A stretch of DNA of 64,000 bases from Myxococcales bacterium (GTDB lineage: Bacteria; Myxococcota_A; Polyangia; Fen-1088): the NCBI GenBank assembly GCA_022184915.1, contig JAGTJU010000008.1, positions 81,232 through 145,231 of the forward strand, in the 5' to 3' direction. Positions 47,671 to 57,782 of the stretch are shown piece by piece. A program made the position numbers and the translations under genes. The notes under the pieces were generated by a model. That model saw only the letters and a program-made list of their open reading frames with translations. It was not told the origin of the DNA and made no database searches. Position 1 is the first letter of the stretch; every line of letters begins with the position of its first letter.

Positions 47671-47757
47671 GGCCGCGCCGGCGGCCGATAGCGAACGCAT
47701 AGAACCCGGCGGGGCCGTCCCCCACCGTGCCGACTTTAAAAAATCAGGAGGTCTCCA

Positions 47758-48267
47758 ATGAGCAGCCAAAAGTTCATCGCCCGCAACCGGGCTCCCCGCG
47801 TTCAGATCGAATACGATGTCGAGCTCTACGGCGCCCAAAAGAAGGTGCAGCTGCCCTTCGTGATGGGTGTGATGGCCGACCTGTCCGGAAAACCTGTCGA
47901 GCCGCTCGCCCCCGTGGCCGACCGGAAGTTCCTCGAGATCTCGGCCGACAACTTCGACGACCGCCTCAAGGCCATGAAGCCCCGTGTGGCGTTCCCGGTG
48001 CCCAACACCCTTACCGGCGAGGGCAACCTGAGCGTCGACATCACCTTCGAGAGCATGGACGACTTCAGCCCTGCCGCCGTGGCCCGCAAGGTCGACGCGC
48101 TCAACAAGCTGCTGCAGGCCCGTTCGCAGCTGAACAACCTCATCACGTACATGGACGGGAAAACCGGCGCTGAGGAGCTGATCTCGAAAGCGCTCAAAGA
48201 TCCTGCCCTGCTGCAGTCCCTGGTCTCGGCACCGAAGCCGGGCGGCGACGCGCCTCCGTCCGAGTGA
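47758..48267 (+). CDS. tssB: T6SS contractile sheath small subunit
   Basis: SSQKFIARNRAPRVQIEYDVE and LPFVMGVMADLSG. Confidence 0.97.
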   Translation: MSSQKFIARNRAPRVQIEYDVELYGAQKKVQLPFVMGVMADLSGKPVEPLAPVADRKFLEISADNFDDRLKAMKPRVAFPVPNTLTGEGNLSVDITFESMDDFSPAAVARKVDALNKLLQARSQLNNLITYMDGKTGAEELISKALKDPALLQSLVSAPKPGGDAPPSE

Positions 48268-48320
48268 ACTCGGGGACGCACAGCACCAACCAAGCTCTAG
48301 ACAACAGGGAGACAGACGTC

Positions 48321-49814
48321 ATGGCCGAGGCACGAGAACAGGGTCAAGCCGCCGAAGGCGCCACCCTCGAAACCAGCGATTTTTCTTCGTTGCTGAACAA
48401 AGAGTTCCGCCCGAAGTCGGACCGCGCCAAGGAGGAAGTGGAAAACGCTGTCCGCACCTTGGCCGAGCAGGCGCTCGCCAGCACGCAACTCATCTCGAGC
48501 GACACGGTGGCCAGCATCCAAGCGATGATCGCCGCCATCGACCGCAAGTTGACCGAGCAGGTGAACCTCATCATGCACAACGCCGAGTTCCAGCAGCTCG
48601 AGTCGGCGTGGCGGGGGCTTCACCATCTGGTCAACAACACCGAGACCGACGAGATGTTGAAGATCCGCGTGATGAACATCTCCAAGAAGGATCTTCACAA
48701 GACCGTCAAGAAGTACAAGGGCGCGTCCTGGGACCAAAGCCCCATCTTCAAGAAGGTCTACGAAGAAGAGTACGGCCAGTTCGGTGGCCAGCCCTTTGGT
48801 TGCTTGGTGGGCGACTACTACTTCGATCACAGCCCCCCGGACGTCGAGTTGCTGGCTGAGCTCGGCAAGATCTCGGCGGCCACCCACGCCCCGTTCATCT
48901 CCGCCGCGGACCCGCGCGTGCTCCAGATGGACTCCTGGAGCGAGCTCGCCAATCCCCGCGACCTCACCAAGATCTTCGATGTGCCCGAATATGCCGCCTG
49001 GCGGTCGTTCCGGGATTCGGAAGACTCGAAGTACATCGGCCTCTGTATGCCCCGCACCCTGGGCCGCCGCCCCTACGGCGCCAAGAGCGAGCCGGTGGAG
49101 GATTTCGACTTCGAGGAGGACACCTCGGGTGCCGACAGCAGCAAGTACTGCTGGGTGAACGCGGCCTACGCGATGGCGACGAACATCAACCGCTCCTTCA
49201 AGCTCTACGGCTGGTGCTCGCGCATTCGCGGCATCGAGTCGGGCGGTGCGGTCGAAAATCTGCCTACTCACACCTTCCCCACCGACGACGGCGGGCAAGA
49301 CATGAAATGCCCCACCGAGATCGCGATCAGCGACCGGCGCGAGGCAGAGCTTGCGAAGAACGGATTCATGCCGCTCGTGCACAAGAAAAACTCCGATTTT
49401 GCCGCCTTCATCGGCGCACAGTCGCTCCACAAGCCGGCGGTCTACGACGACCCCGACGCCAACGCCAACGCCAACTTGGCCGCCCGTCTGCCTTACCTGT
49501 TCGCCACCTGCCGCTTCGCGCACTACCTCAAGTGCATCGCCCGCGACAAGGTGGGTTCGTTCAAGGAGAAGGACGAAATGCAACGCTGGCTGCAGGAGTG
49601 GATCATGCAGTACGTCGATGGCGACCCCGCCCACTCCAGCGAAACCACCAAGGCGCAAAAGCCTCTGGCGGCTGCCGAGGTGGTGGTGGAAGAGGTCGAG
49701 GGAAACCCCGGCTACTACACCTCCAAGTTCTTCCTGCGCCCGCACTACCAGCTCGAGGGACTCACCGTGTCGTTGCGGCTCGTCTCGAAGCTGCCCTCCG
49801 CGAAGGCCAGCTGA
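48321..49814 (+). CDS. tssC: T6SS contractile sheath large subunit
   Basis: FQQLESAWRGL, YEEEYGQFGG, CPTEIAISDRRE and PHYQLEGL. Start ATG 48321 inferred. Confidence 0.97.
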   Translation: MAEAREQGQAAEGATLETSDFSSLLNKEFRPKSDRAKEEVENAVRTLAEQALASTQLISSDTVASIQAMIAAIDRKLTEQVNLIMHNAEFQQLESAWRGLHHLVNNTETDEMLKIRVMNISKKDLHKTVKKYKGASWDQSPIFKKVYEEEYGQFGGQPFGCLVGDYYFDHSPPDVELLAELGKISAATHAPFISAADPRVLQMDSWSELANPRDLTKIFDVPEYAAWRSFRDSEDSKYIGLCMPRTLGRRPYGAKSEPVEDFDFEEDTSGADSSKYCWVNAAYAMATNINRSFKLYGWCSRIRGIESGGAVENLPTHTFPTDDGGQDMKCPTEIAISDRREAELAKNGFMPLVHKKNSDFAAFIGAQSLHKPAVYDDPDANANANLAARLPYLFATCRFAHYLKCIARDKVGSFKEKDEMQRWLQEWIMQYVDGDPAHSSETTKAQKPLAAAEVVVEEVEGNPGYYTSKFFLRPHYQLEGLTVSLRLVSKLPSAKAS

Positions 49815-49819
49815 CCTGC

Positions 49820-49851
49820 AGAGACGCCGCAATGCGGCGTCTCTTTTTTTT
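49820..49851 (+). terminator. Strong intrinsic terminator after tssC
   Basis: AGAGACGCCGC-AAT-GCGGCGTCTCT is a perfect 11-bp stem, followed by a T run. Confidence 0.85.
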
Positions 49852-49954
49852 CACCACGATTTGTTTTTTCGAGCAACCCCGTCAGTTCGCCGCCCGATAA
49901 CTCTCTCGAACACGCGAATTTCTGACCCTGCATAGCCAAACAAGGAGCACCACC

Positions 49955-50437
49955 ATGGCCGTCGATATGTTCATCAAGATTGACACGCTCGAGGGCGAGT
50001 CCTCAGACGACAAGCACAAAGCCGAGATCGACGTTCTCGCGTGGAGCTGGGGCATGTCGCAATCCGGCACCACCCACATGGGCGGTGGCAGCGGCGCTGG
50101 AAAGGTGAACGTTCAAGACGTCTCCTTCACGAAATACGTCGACAAATCCACGCCCAACCTGCTGCGCGCCTGCTGCAAGGGCACGCACTTCAAGCAGGCC
50201 GTTCTCACCGTCCGCAAGGCCGGCGACAAGCCGCTCGAGTACATCAAAATTACCCTGAGCGACCTCATCGTCACCTCGGTGTCCACGGGCGGCAGCGGGG
50301 GCGAAGATCGCCTCACGGAGAACGTCACGCTCAACTTCGGTAAGTTCAAGTTCGAGTACACGCCTCAGAAGGCCGATGGCTCGGGCGCTGGGGCCATCCC
50401 CGTCGCATACAACATCGCCCAGAACAAAGAAGAGTAG
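49955..50437 (+). CDS. hcp: T6SS tube protein Hcp
   Basis: MAVDMFIKI..GES.DDKH..EIDVLAWSWG, KYVDKSTP and ENVTLNF. SD AAGGAG upstream. Confidence 0.97.
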   Translation: MAVDMFIKIDTLEGESSDDKHKAEIDVLAWSWGMSQSGTTHMGGGSGAGKVNVQDVSFTKYVDKSTPNLLRACCKGTHFKQAVLTVRKAGDKPLEYIKITLSDLIVTSVSTGGSGGEDRLTENVTLNFGKFKFEYTPQKADGSGAGAIPVAYNIAQNKEE

Positions 50438-50475
50438 TCAACAGCCGCTGCCCATGCGCAGCGCGGGCTCGATGG

Positions 50476-50510
50476 GACCGAAGGCGGCAGCTCCGCCTTC
50501 GGTCTTCTTC
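50476..50510 (+). terminator. Intrinsic terminator after hcp
   Basis: GACCGAAGGCGG-CAGCT-CCGCCTTCGGTC is a perfect 12-bp stem, followed by TTCTTC. Confidence 0.7.
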
Positions 50511-50514
50511 CATT

Positions 50515-51330
50515 GTGCAAAGGTTATCCCACATGCTCCCAGCTGCTGAGACACTCCGCTCCGGAAACCCAGAAGACGCCTTGGCACAACTGCAGGAGCA
50601 AGTGCGAAAGAACCCCGCAAACAGCCAGTACCGGGTGTTCCTCTTCCAGCTCCTCGCCGTTTTGGGTCATTGGGACCGCGCGCTCAACCAACTCAAGGTC
50701 CTCGGCGACATGGACGCCTCCACGTTGGCCATGGTGGCCACGTACCGCGAGGCGCTGCACTGCGAGGCCTATCGGCAAGACGTGCTTGCAGGTAAGCGCA
50801 CCCCCCTCGTGCTCGGCGACCCCGAGCCGTGGATGGCCCTTTCCTTCGAAGCGCTGCGCCTTCAGGGTGAAGGGCAATGGGACAAGGCCGCCGAGGTGCG
50901 AGCCCAAGCCCTCGAACAGGCCCCCACCACCGCGGGAAAGCTGAACGGCGAGCCCTTCGCATGGATAGCGGACGCAGACTCGCGGCTGGGCCCCATGCTC
51001 GAAGCCATCGTTTCGGGCAAGTACTACTGGATTCCGTTTTCCCGTCTCCGTTCGCTCCAGATCGACCCTCCCAGCGACCTACGCGACATCGTGTGGACGG
51101 CCGCGCAGGTGACCTTCGCCAACGGCGGTGAGACCATCACCCTTCTTCCCACGCGCTACGCGGGCTCCGAGCAAGACCCCGACAACCGCATCAAGATGGC
51201 ACGCATCACAGAGTGGGACGAAAAACCCGGGCAGACCTACCTCGGGCGAGGCCAGCGCTTGCTGGCCACCGATCAGGGCGAGTACGCGCTGATGGACGTT
51301 CGCTCGCTCGAGCTCGAAACCGCGGTGTGA
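50515..51330 (+). CDS. tagJ: T6SS accessory protein TagJ (ImpE/SciE)
   Basis: TPR-like N-terminus (LFQLLAVLGHWDRA), FAWIADADSRLGP, DLRDIVW and PTRY. Confidence 0.92.
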   Translation: MQRLSHMLPAAETLRSGNPEDALAQLQEQVRKNPANSQYRVFLFQLLAVLGHWDRALNQLKVLGDMDASTLAMVATYREALHCEAYRQDVLAGKRTPLVLGDPEPWMALSFEALRLQGEGQWDKAAEVRAQALEQAPTTAGKLNGEPFAWIADADSRLGPMLEAIVSGKYYWIPFSRLRSLQIDPPSDLRDIVWTAAQVTFANGGETITLLPTRYAGSEQDPDNRIKMARITEWDEKPGQTYLGRGQRLLATDQGEYALMDVRSLELETAV

Positions 51331-51346
51331 ACGGGGAGGGTGCAAC

Positions 51347-51853
51347 ATGGCCGAACTGACCCCGAAGGAACGGCTTCAACCCTCGCTGCTCGATCGGCTC
51401 ACGGACGATGACCCCGAACGCCAGCTCGAGTCCCGCGAACGTCGGATTCTCTCCCCCGTTCAGCTCCGGGACTGTGTACGCCGGGATCTCGGCTGGCTGC
51501 TAAACACCGTGCACCTGGAAAGCACAACCGCGCTCACCGATTACCCCCAAGTGGCCGCCTCCGTGCTCAACTTCGGCGTCGTCGATCTCGCGGGCAAGCC
51601 CCTGTCGAGCATCAACGCGCCTCAGCTCGAGCGGCTCATCCGCGAAGCGATTTGGCAGTTCGAGCCTCGCCTCATCAAGGACTCGGTGCAGGTGAAGATC
51701 GACGATCGCAAGACGGGACACAACGCTCTGTCCTTCGTCATCGAAGCCCAGCTCTGGGCCCAGCCCATTCCGCTTCAGCTCTTTCTCCGCACGGAAGTGG
51801 ATCTGGAGAACGGCGAAGTGCGGGTGGGTGATCAGGAAGGCCCGGTAGAGTAA
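51347..51853 (+). CDS. tssE: T6SS baseplate subunit TssE
   Basis: QPSLLDRL, VRRDLGWLLN, SVLNFG and FEPRL. Confidence 0.95.
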   Translation: MAELTPKERLQPSLLDRLTDDDPERQLESRERRILSPVQLRDCVRRDLGWLLNTVHLESTTALTDYPQVAASVLNFGVVDLAGKPLSSINAPQLERLIREAIWQFEPRLIKDSVQVKIDDRKTGHNALSFVIEAQLWAQPIPLQLFLRTEVDLENGEVRVGDQEGPVE

Positions 51854-51864
51854 GGCTCGATTCC

Positions 51865-53742
51865 ATGGATCCCAGGCTCCTACGTCAATACAACCGCGAA
51901 CTGCAGCATGTCCGCGAGATGGGGGGCGAGTTCGCCGCAGCCTTTCCAAAGATCGCGGGTCGCCTGGGTCTTGACACCTTCGAGTGTTCGGACCCCTATG
52001 TCGAACGCCTCCTCGAGGCCTTCGCCTTCCTGGCGGCCCGGGTTCAGCTGCGCATCGACTCGGAGTTTCCCCGGTTCACGCAGCATCTGCTCGAGATGGT
52101 GTACCCCCACTACCTCGCACCCACGCCATCGATGCTCGTGGCCGAGTTCGGTCCCAACCACGGGGAGGGCGCGCTCGTCGAAGGCTTCCGAGTCCCCCGC
52201 GGCTCGAGCTTCCGCAGCAGGACCACCCGCGACGAGCCCACGCCCTGCCGCTACCTCACTGGCCAGGACCTCACGCTGTGGCCCCTCACGCTCGAAGAGG
52301 TCGAGTACAGCGGCTTTCTCGGCGGCCTCTCCGGTCTGCCCTCATCGCTCATCGGAAAAGCAAGGGCGATCGTCCGCCTGCGCCTGCGCACCACAGGCAA
52401 CGTCCGGTTCCGCGACCTCAAACTCGATCGGCTCCCCGTCTTCATCAAGGGCGGAGGAGAGCTCGGCATGCGGCTTTATGAGCAGCTCATGGCCCGGGTG
52501 AACGCCGTCATCATCGCCCCGCCCGGCCGTCCGCCCGTTTGGCGCGAGATCCTGGACGACCACCCCATCGAACCCGTCGGCTTCACGGACGACGAAGCCC
52601 TGCTTCCCTACGGCACCCGATCTTTTCAGGGCTACCGTCTCCTTCAGGAGTACTTCGCTTTCCCGAACCGTTTCCTTTCGTTTGCGCTCTCGGGCTTGCA
52701 GCCAGCTCTTCGCCGCGCCGACACGAGCGAGCTCGACGTTCACATCGTACTCAACCAGCGCGACGATGCCCTCGAAGGCGTGGTGGACAAGTCCCGCATG
52801 GCGCTCTTCTGCGTGCCGGCGGTGAACCTGTTTCCGCACAAAGCCGATCGCATTCACCTCAACGACGTCGACAGCGAATACCATATCGTCCCCGATCGCA
52901 CGCGCCCCTTCGACTTCGAGGTTCACACCGTGACCGACGTCCTGGGTTTCGGGGCCAGCGTCACGGAAAAACGCCGCTTCCTGCCGCTCTACGCCCCCCT
53001 CGAGAGCCGCGAGGGGTCCGTCGAGCCCGCCTACTTCACCCTGGAGCGCCAACCCCGCTTGCTCTCGGAAAGGCAACGCGCGCAGGGGCCCCGCTCGAAG
53101 TACGTGGGCAGCGAGGTCTTTCTTTCGCTCGTGGACGGCAAGGAGGGCCCCTATAAATCCGATCTCAAGCAGTTGGCGGTCGATGTGCTCTGCACGAACC
53201 GCGACCTGCCCCTGCACATGCCGCTCGGCCAGGGCGAGTCCGACTTCATCTTGGAGACCGGCGCTCCGGTATCGTCCGTACGCTGCGTGGCCGGCCCGAC
53301 CCCGCCGCGGGAATCCCACGCCCACGGCGATACGGCGTGGCGGCTCATCAGCCACCTGTCCTTCAACTACCTGTCCCTCACGCACGCCGATCCCACCCAG
53401 GGGGCCGGTGTGCTGCGCGAGTTCTTGCGCCTCTACGGTGACTTCGCCGACAACAGCGTCAAGAAGCAGATCGAAGGCGTACGAGGTCTGTCCGCCGAGG
53501 CGATCACCCGCAGGCTGCCCTTGGCAGGGCCCACCGTCTTCGGCCGGGGAGTCGAGATGCGCGTGACCCTCGACGAGGCCGCCTTCGAAGGCTCGGGCAC
53601 CTTCTTGCTCGGACAAGTTTTGGCCCGCTTCTTCGCACGCTTCGTCTCCGTGAACTCCTTCACCGAAACCGTGCTTTCCACCCCTCAACGGGGCGAGGTG
53701 AACCGATGGCCGGTGACCCTGGGACTTCGACCGATTCTCTAG
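51865..53742 (+). CDS. tssF: T6SS baseplate subunit TssF
   Basis: YNREL, DPYVERLLEAFAFL, GYRLLQEYFAFP and WRLISHLSFNYL. Confidence 0.97.
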   Translation: MDPRLLRQYNRELQHVREMGGEFAAAFPKIAGRLGLDTFECSDPYVERLLEAFAFLAARVQLRIDSEFPRFTQHLLEMVYPHYLAPTPSMLVAEFGPNHGEGALVEGFRVPRGSSFRSRTTRDEPTPCRYLTGQDLTLWPLTLEEVEYSGFLGGLSGLPSSLIGKARAIVRLRLRTTGNVRFRDLKLDRLPVFIKGGGELGMRLYEQLMARVNAVIIAPPGRPPVWREILDDHPIEPVGFTDDEALLPYGTRSFQGYRLLQEYFAFPNRFLSFALSGLQPALRRADTSELDVHIVLNQRDDALEGVVDKSRMALFCVPAVNLFPHKADRIHLNDVDSEYHIVPDRTRPFDFEVHTVTDVLGFGASVTEKRRFLPLYAPLESREGSVEPAYFTLERQPRLLSERQRAQGPRSKYVGSEVFLSLVDGKEGPYKSDLKQLAVDVLCTNRDLPLHMPLGQGESDFILETGAPVSSVRCVAGPTPPRESHAHGDTAWRLISHLSFNYLSLTHADPTQGAGVLREFLRLYGDFADNSVKKQIEGVRGLSAEAITRRLPLAGPTVFGRGVEMRVTLDEAAFEGSGTFLLGQVLARFFARFVSVNSFTETVLSTPQRGEVNRWPVTLGLRPIL

Positions 53743-54749
53743 GTTTTCTCGACCGGCTGGAGCGTGAGCCGAGCGCCTTCGATTTTTTCCAGGCACTCCG
53801 GCGGATCGAATGCCAGTTTCGCGACAAACCGCGCCTGGGCTCGGCGGCTCGTCCCGCGGACGAGCCCCTCCGCATCGGCCAAGATCCCACCTTGACCTTC
53901 GCAGCGTCCTCCCTGGCCAGCTTCAAGCCTCCCCAGGACGGGCGTCCCGGACGCCTCTCGGTGCTCTTTCAGGGCTTCTTCGGGCCGAACGGTCCTCTGC
54001 CGCTTCACCTCACCGAGTACGCTCGCGACCGCCTTCGTAACGCCGGCGACCCCACCTTCGCCCGGTTTGCCGACGTTTTCCATCATCGCCTGCTCCTGCT
54101 TTTCTACCGCGCTTGGGCGCAAGCCCGTCCCGTGGTGGCCCACGATCGCCCCGAGTCGGATCGCTTCGCCACCTACGTGGGATCGCTCTTTGGTGGCGTG
54201 CCCGTGGGCGCTCATGCGGGGCACGGCCTCGACCACGCAACGAAGCTCTTCTTTGCGGGGCACCTCTCCGGGCAAACGAAAAACCCCGAGAGCCTCGCCG
54301 CGCTCCTGCGCAACGCCCTCGGCGTGCCCGCCCAGATCGAAGAGTTCGTGGGCGAGTGGGTTCAGCTCCCTGCCGAGGCCCGGTGGCGTCTCGGACGCTC
54401 GTCGCAACCCGGCTACCTCGGACAGAGCGCCACCCTGGGGGCGCGGGCGTGGATGGTTCAGCACAAGTTCCGGGTCGTCTTGGGCCCGCTCGAGCCTGGC
54501 GCCCAGCGGGCGTTCCAGCCCGGCGGCCCGCTGCTCACCCGGGTCTCCCAGCTGGTCGCGAGCTACGTGGGGGACGAATGGCGATGGGATCTGAAACTCA
54601 AGCTCAAGCAAGCCGAAGCCACGCGCCTCGGTCAATCGGGTCACCTCGCCTGGTCTGCGTTCCTGACGCAGCCCGGAGCGGCTGATGACAACAGCTTGGT
54701 GCTCGAACCACAACGACAGGCTTCTGCGGGCGCGCACATGGGCGTATAA
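53706..54749 (+). CDS. tssG: T6SS baseplate subunit TssG
   Basis: FDFFQALRRIE, GFFGPNGPLPLHLTE and FHHRLLLLFYRAW. Confidence 0.96.
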   Translation: MAGDPGTSTDSLGFLDRLEREPSAFDFFQALRRIECQFRDKPRLGSAARPADEPLRIGQDPTLTFAASSLASFKPPQDGRPGRLSVLFQGFFGPNGPLPLHLTEYARDRLRNAGDPTFARFADVFHHRLLLLFYRAWAQARPVVAHDRPESDRFATYVGSLFGGVPVGAHAGHGLDHATKLFFAGHLSGQTKNPESLAALLRNALGVPAQIEEFVGEWVQLPAEARWRLGRSSQPGYLGQSATLGARAWMVQHKFRVVLGPLEPGAQRAFQPGGPLLTRVSQLVASYVGDEWRWDLKLKLKQAEATRLGQSGHLAWSAFLTQPGAADDNSLVLEPQRQASAGAHMGV

Positions 54750-54785
54750 CCTGCACCTGAATCCAACCTAAGACGGGAGAGAGCG

Positions 54786-57518
54786 ATGTCGGAGATCAGC
54801 CGGGTTTCCCTTTTCGGGAAGCTCAACAGCCTTGGCTACCGTGCGATCGAGAGCGCCACGGTTTTCTGCAAGATGCGGGGCAACCCCTACGTCGAGCTCG
54901 TGCACTGGTTTCACCAGATCCTGCAGCTGAACGATTCGGATGTGCACAAGATCGTGCGCCACTTTCAGCTCAACCCCTCGCGGCTCGCGACGGAGTTTAC
55001 CGAATCGCTCGACAGGCTCCCCCGCGGGGCTTCGTCGATCTCGGACCTCTCGTCCCATCTCGAGGAGGCCGTCGAACGCGCCTGGGTGTATGGCAGCCTG
55101 ATGTTCAAGGACGCGCAGGTTCGCACCGGCCACCTGATCGTCGGGATCCTCAAGACCCCCAGCCTCCGCAACGGGCTGCTTGGCATCTCGCGCGAGTTCG
55201 AAAAGATCAAGCTCGACGCCTTGACCGACCAGTTCGACCAAATCGTCACTGGCTCGCCCGAAGACGGGCTCCGCGCACAAGACGGCACGCAGATGGGGGG
55301 CGGTGCTGGCCCCGGTGAGGCCAGCGGTGCGATGGCCCCGGCCCAAATGGGCAAACAAGAGGCGCTCAAACGCTTCGCCGTCGACCTGACTGAACGCGCC
55401 CACAAAGGCGAGCTCGACCCCGTGCTCGGGCGCGACGAAGAGATTCGTCAGATCGTCGACATCCTGATGCGGCGCCGACAGAACAACCCCATTCTCACGG
55501 GCGAAGCGGGCGTGGGAAAGACCGCCGTGGTCGAGGGCTTCGCTCTTCGCATCGCCCGCGGGGACGTGCCACCCATGCTCAAAGATGTCTCGCTCTACTC
55601 GCTCGACATCGGCCTTCTCCAGGCCGGCGCCAGCATGAAGGGCGAGTTCGAGAACCGCCTGCGCCAGGTCATCGACGAGGTCCAGTCTTCACCCAAGCCC
55701 ATCATTCTCTTCATCGACGAGGCCCACACCCTCATCGGTGCAGGCGGGGCGGCCGGTACGGGTGACGCTGCCAATTTGCTCAAGCCCGCGCTGGCGCGAG
55801 GCAAGCTGCGGACGATCGCAGCCACCACCTGGGCGGAGTACAAAAAGCACATCGAGAAGGATCCAGCCCTCACGCGTCGCTTCCAGGTGGTTCAAGTCCA
55901 CGAACCCTCCGAGGACAAGGCCCTCCTCATGATGCGGGGTGTGGCGTCGACACTCGAAAAACATCACAAGGTCCAGGTGCTGGACGAAGCGCTCGAGGCT
56001 TCGGTCAAGCTCTCGCATCGGTATATCCCGGCGCGCCAGCTTCCCGACAAGTCCGTGAGCCTGCTCGACACCGCATGCGCCCGCGTGGCCGTGAGCCAGC
56101 ACGCCGTTCCGGCGGAAGTGGAAGACAGCCGCCGTCGCATCGATGCTCTCACCACCGAACTCGAGATCATCGGCCGCGAACGCGCCATCGGCGTGAACGT
56201 GGGCAAGCGTGAAACGACAGCACAGGAATCATTGACCGCCGAAAAAGAGCGACTAACCGGGCTCGAGGAGCGCTGGAAAGCGGAGAAGGACTTGGTCGAG
56301 CAGATCTTGGCCATACGTCGGACCCTGCGAGGCGAAAAGGGCAAGGTCGAGGGCACCGCAAGCGCGCTCGAGGCCAGTGCCGACGCCAGCGCCGCCGTTC
56401 AACATGCCGCCGGCCCCGCAGGCACCGAGCGCGAGTCGCTGCTTGCAAGGCTTCAAGGGCTCCTCGGCGAATTGGAGACGCTGCAAGGGGATCGTCCCCT
56501 CATTCTCCCGAGCGTCGACAGCCAAGCCGTGGCATCGGTCGTCGCCGATTGGACCGGCATTCCCGTCGGCCGTATGGTGAAAAACGAGGTAGAGGCCGTG
56601 CTCAAGCTGGCCGACACCCTCAACCAGCGCGTCATCGGGCAGCGCCACGGCCTCGAGATGATCGCCAAGCGCATTCAAACCTCGCGCGCCGGCCTCGAGA
56701 ATCCGAACAAACCGATCGGCGTGTTCATGCTCGTGGGCCCATCCGGCGTCGGAAAGACCGAGACCGCCCTCGCGCTGGCCGAGTCTCTCTATGGGGGTGA
56801 GCAAAACCTCATCACCATCAACATGAGCGAGTTTCAGGAAGCCCACACGGTGTCCACCCTCAAGGGCGCCCCTCCCGGGTACGTCGGCTACGGCGAGGGT
56901 GGTGTTCTCACGGAGGCCGTACGACGCCGCCCGTACAGCGTGGTGCTTTTGGACGAGGTGGAAAAAGCCCACACCGATGTGCACGAGATCTTCTTCCAGG
57001 TGTTCGATAAAGGTTGGATGGAAGACGGTGAGGGGCGCCTCATCGACTTCAAGAACACGTTGATCCTGCTCACCTCGAACGTGGGCAGCGACCTCATCAT
57101 GAACCTGTGCAAAGACCCAGACCTCATGCCCGACGCCGAGGGCATGGCTCAAGCGCTGCGCGCCCCCCTCTTGAAGACCTTCCCGGCCGCACTTCTCGGC
57201 CGCATCGTGACCATCCCCTACTACCCGCTGAGTGACGAGATGATGGGCAACATCATCCGGCTGCAGCTGTCTCGTATCCAAAAGCGGGTCGCTGCCAATC
57301 ACGGTGTTCCGTTCTCATTCGAGGACGCCGTGGTGGATCTCATCCGCAGCCGCTGTACGGAGCTCGAAAGCGGCGGGCGGATGATCGACGCCATCGTGAC
57401 CAACACCATGCTGCCCCGGATCAGCCAAGAGATCTTGAGCCGCATGATGCAGGGGCGCCAGGTTGGGCGTATCCACATCACCACCGCTGACAGCGAATTC
57501 GACTACGCATTCGACTGA
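54786..57518 (+). CDS. tssH: T6SS ATPase ClpV (TssH)
   Basis: ClpV N-domain ([17 protein letters not shown]) and two AAA+ modules ([16 protein letters not shown]). Confidence 0.97.
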   Translation: MSEISRVSLFGKLNSLGYRAIESATVFCKMRGNPYVELVHWFHQILQLNDSDVHKIVRHFQLNPSRLATEFTESLDRLPRGASSISDLSSHLEEAVERAWVYGSLMFKDAQVRTGHLIVGILKTPSLRNGLLGISREFEKIKLDALTDQFDQIVTGSPEDGLRAQDGTQMGGGAGPGEASGAMAPAQMGKQEALKRFAVDLTERAHKGELDPVLGRDEEIRQIVDILMRRRQNNPILTGEAGVGKTAVVEGFALRIARGDVPPMLKDVSLYSLDIGLLQAGASMKGEFENRLRQVIDEVQSSPKPIILFIDEAHTLIGAGGAAGTGDAANLLKPALARGKLRTIAATTWAEYKKHIEKDPALTRRFQVVQVHEPSEDKALLMMRGVASTLEKHHKVQVLDEALEASVKLSHRYIPARQLPDKSVSLLDTACARVAVSQHAVPAEVEDSRRRIDALTTELEIIGRERAIGVNVGKRETTAQESLTAEKERLTGLEERWKAEKDLVEQILAIRRTLRGEKGKVEGTASALEASADASAAVQHAAGPAGTERESLLARLQGLLGELETLQGDRPLILPSVDSQAVASVVADWTGIPVGRMVKNEVEAVLKLADTLNQRVIGQRHGLEMIAKRIQTSRAGLENPNKPIGVFMLVGPSGVGKTETALALAESLYGGEQNLITINMSEFQEAHTVSTLKGAPPGYVGYGEGGVLTEAVRRRPYSVVLLDEVEKAHTDVHEIFFQVFDKGWMEDGEGRLIDFKNTLILLTSNVGSDLIMNLCKDPDLMPDAEGMAQALRAPLLKTFPAALLGRIVTIPYYPLSDEMMGNIIRLQLSRIQKRVAANHGVPFSFEDAVVDLIRSRCTELESGGRMIDAIVTNTMLPRISQEILSRMMQGRQVGRIHITTADSEFDYAFD

Positions 57519-57782
57519 GCCTTGCGAGGGCCTCCTCCCCCGCGATGGGCCTTCCGGTGCCGGCGCGGCCCCATTCACTAGGGGGCCGGCCGGTCCCCGC
57601 GAACCAGCGGTCGTTCCGGTCCTCTCGAGGGCAGTTTCAGCTCTCGCAGCGTGACGCAGCGCCTTGTGGCGGACGGCTGGCCATGCTAGCGAGCCGAACC
57701 CGGGCCAAGGCGCAAGGCTTCTGCAGCCGCCTGCCTTGGCGTCTCTGGCGCATGCCGCACTGTTCGTGTTAGCAACGAAGAC

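Noticed and set aside
48297-49832. 511-aa antisense ORF over tssC (likewise 52342..53796, 53739..54737, 56253..57302)
   Set aside because: These are antisense mirrors of strongly biased coding strands, with no independent motif evidence.
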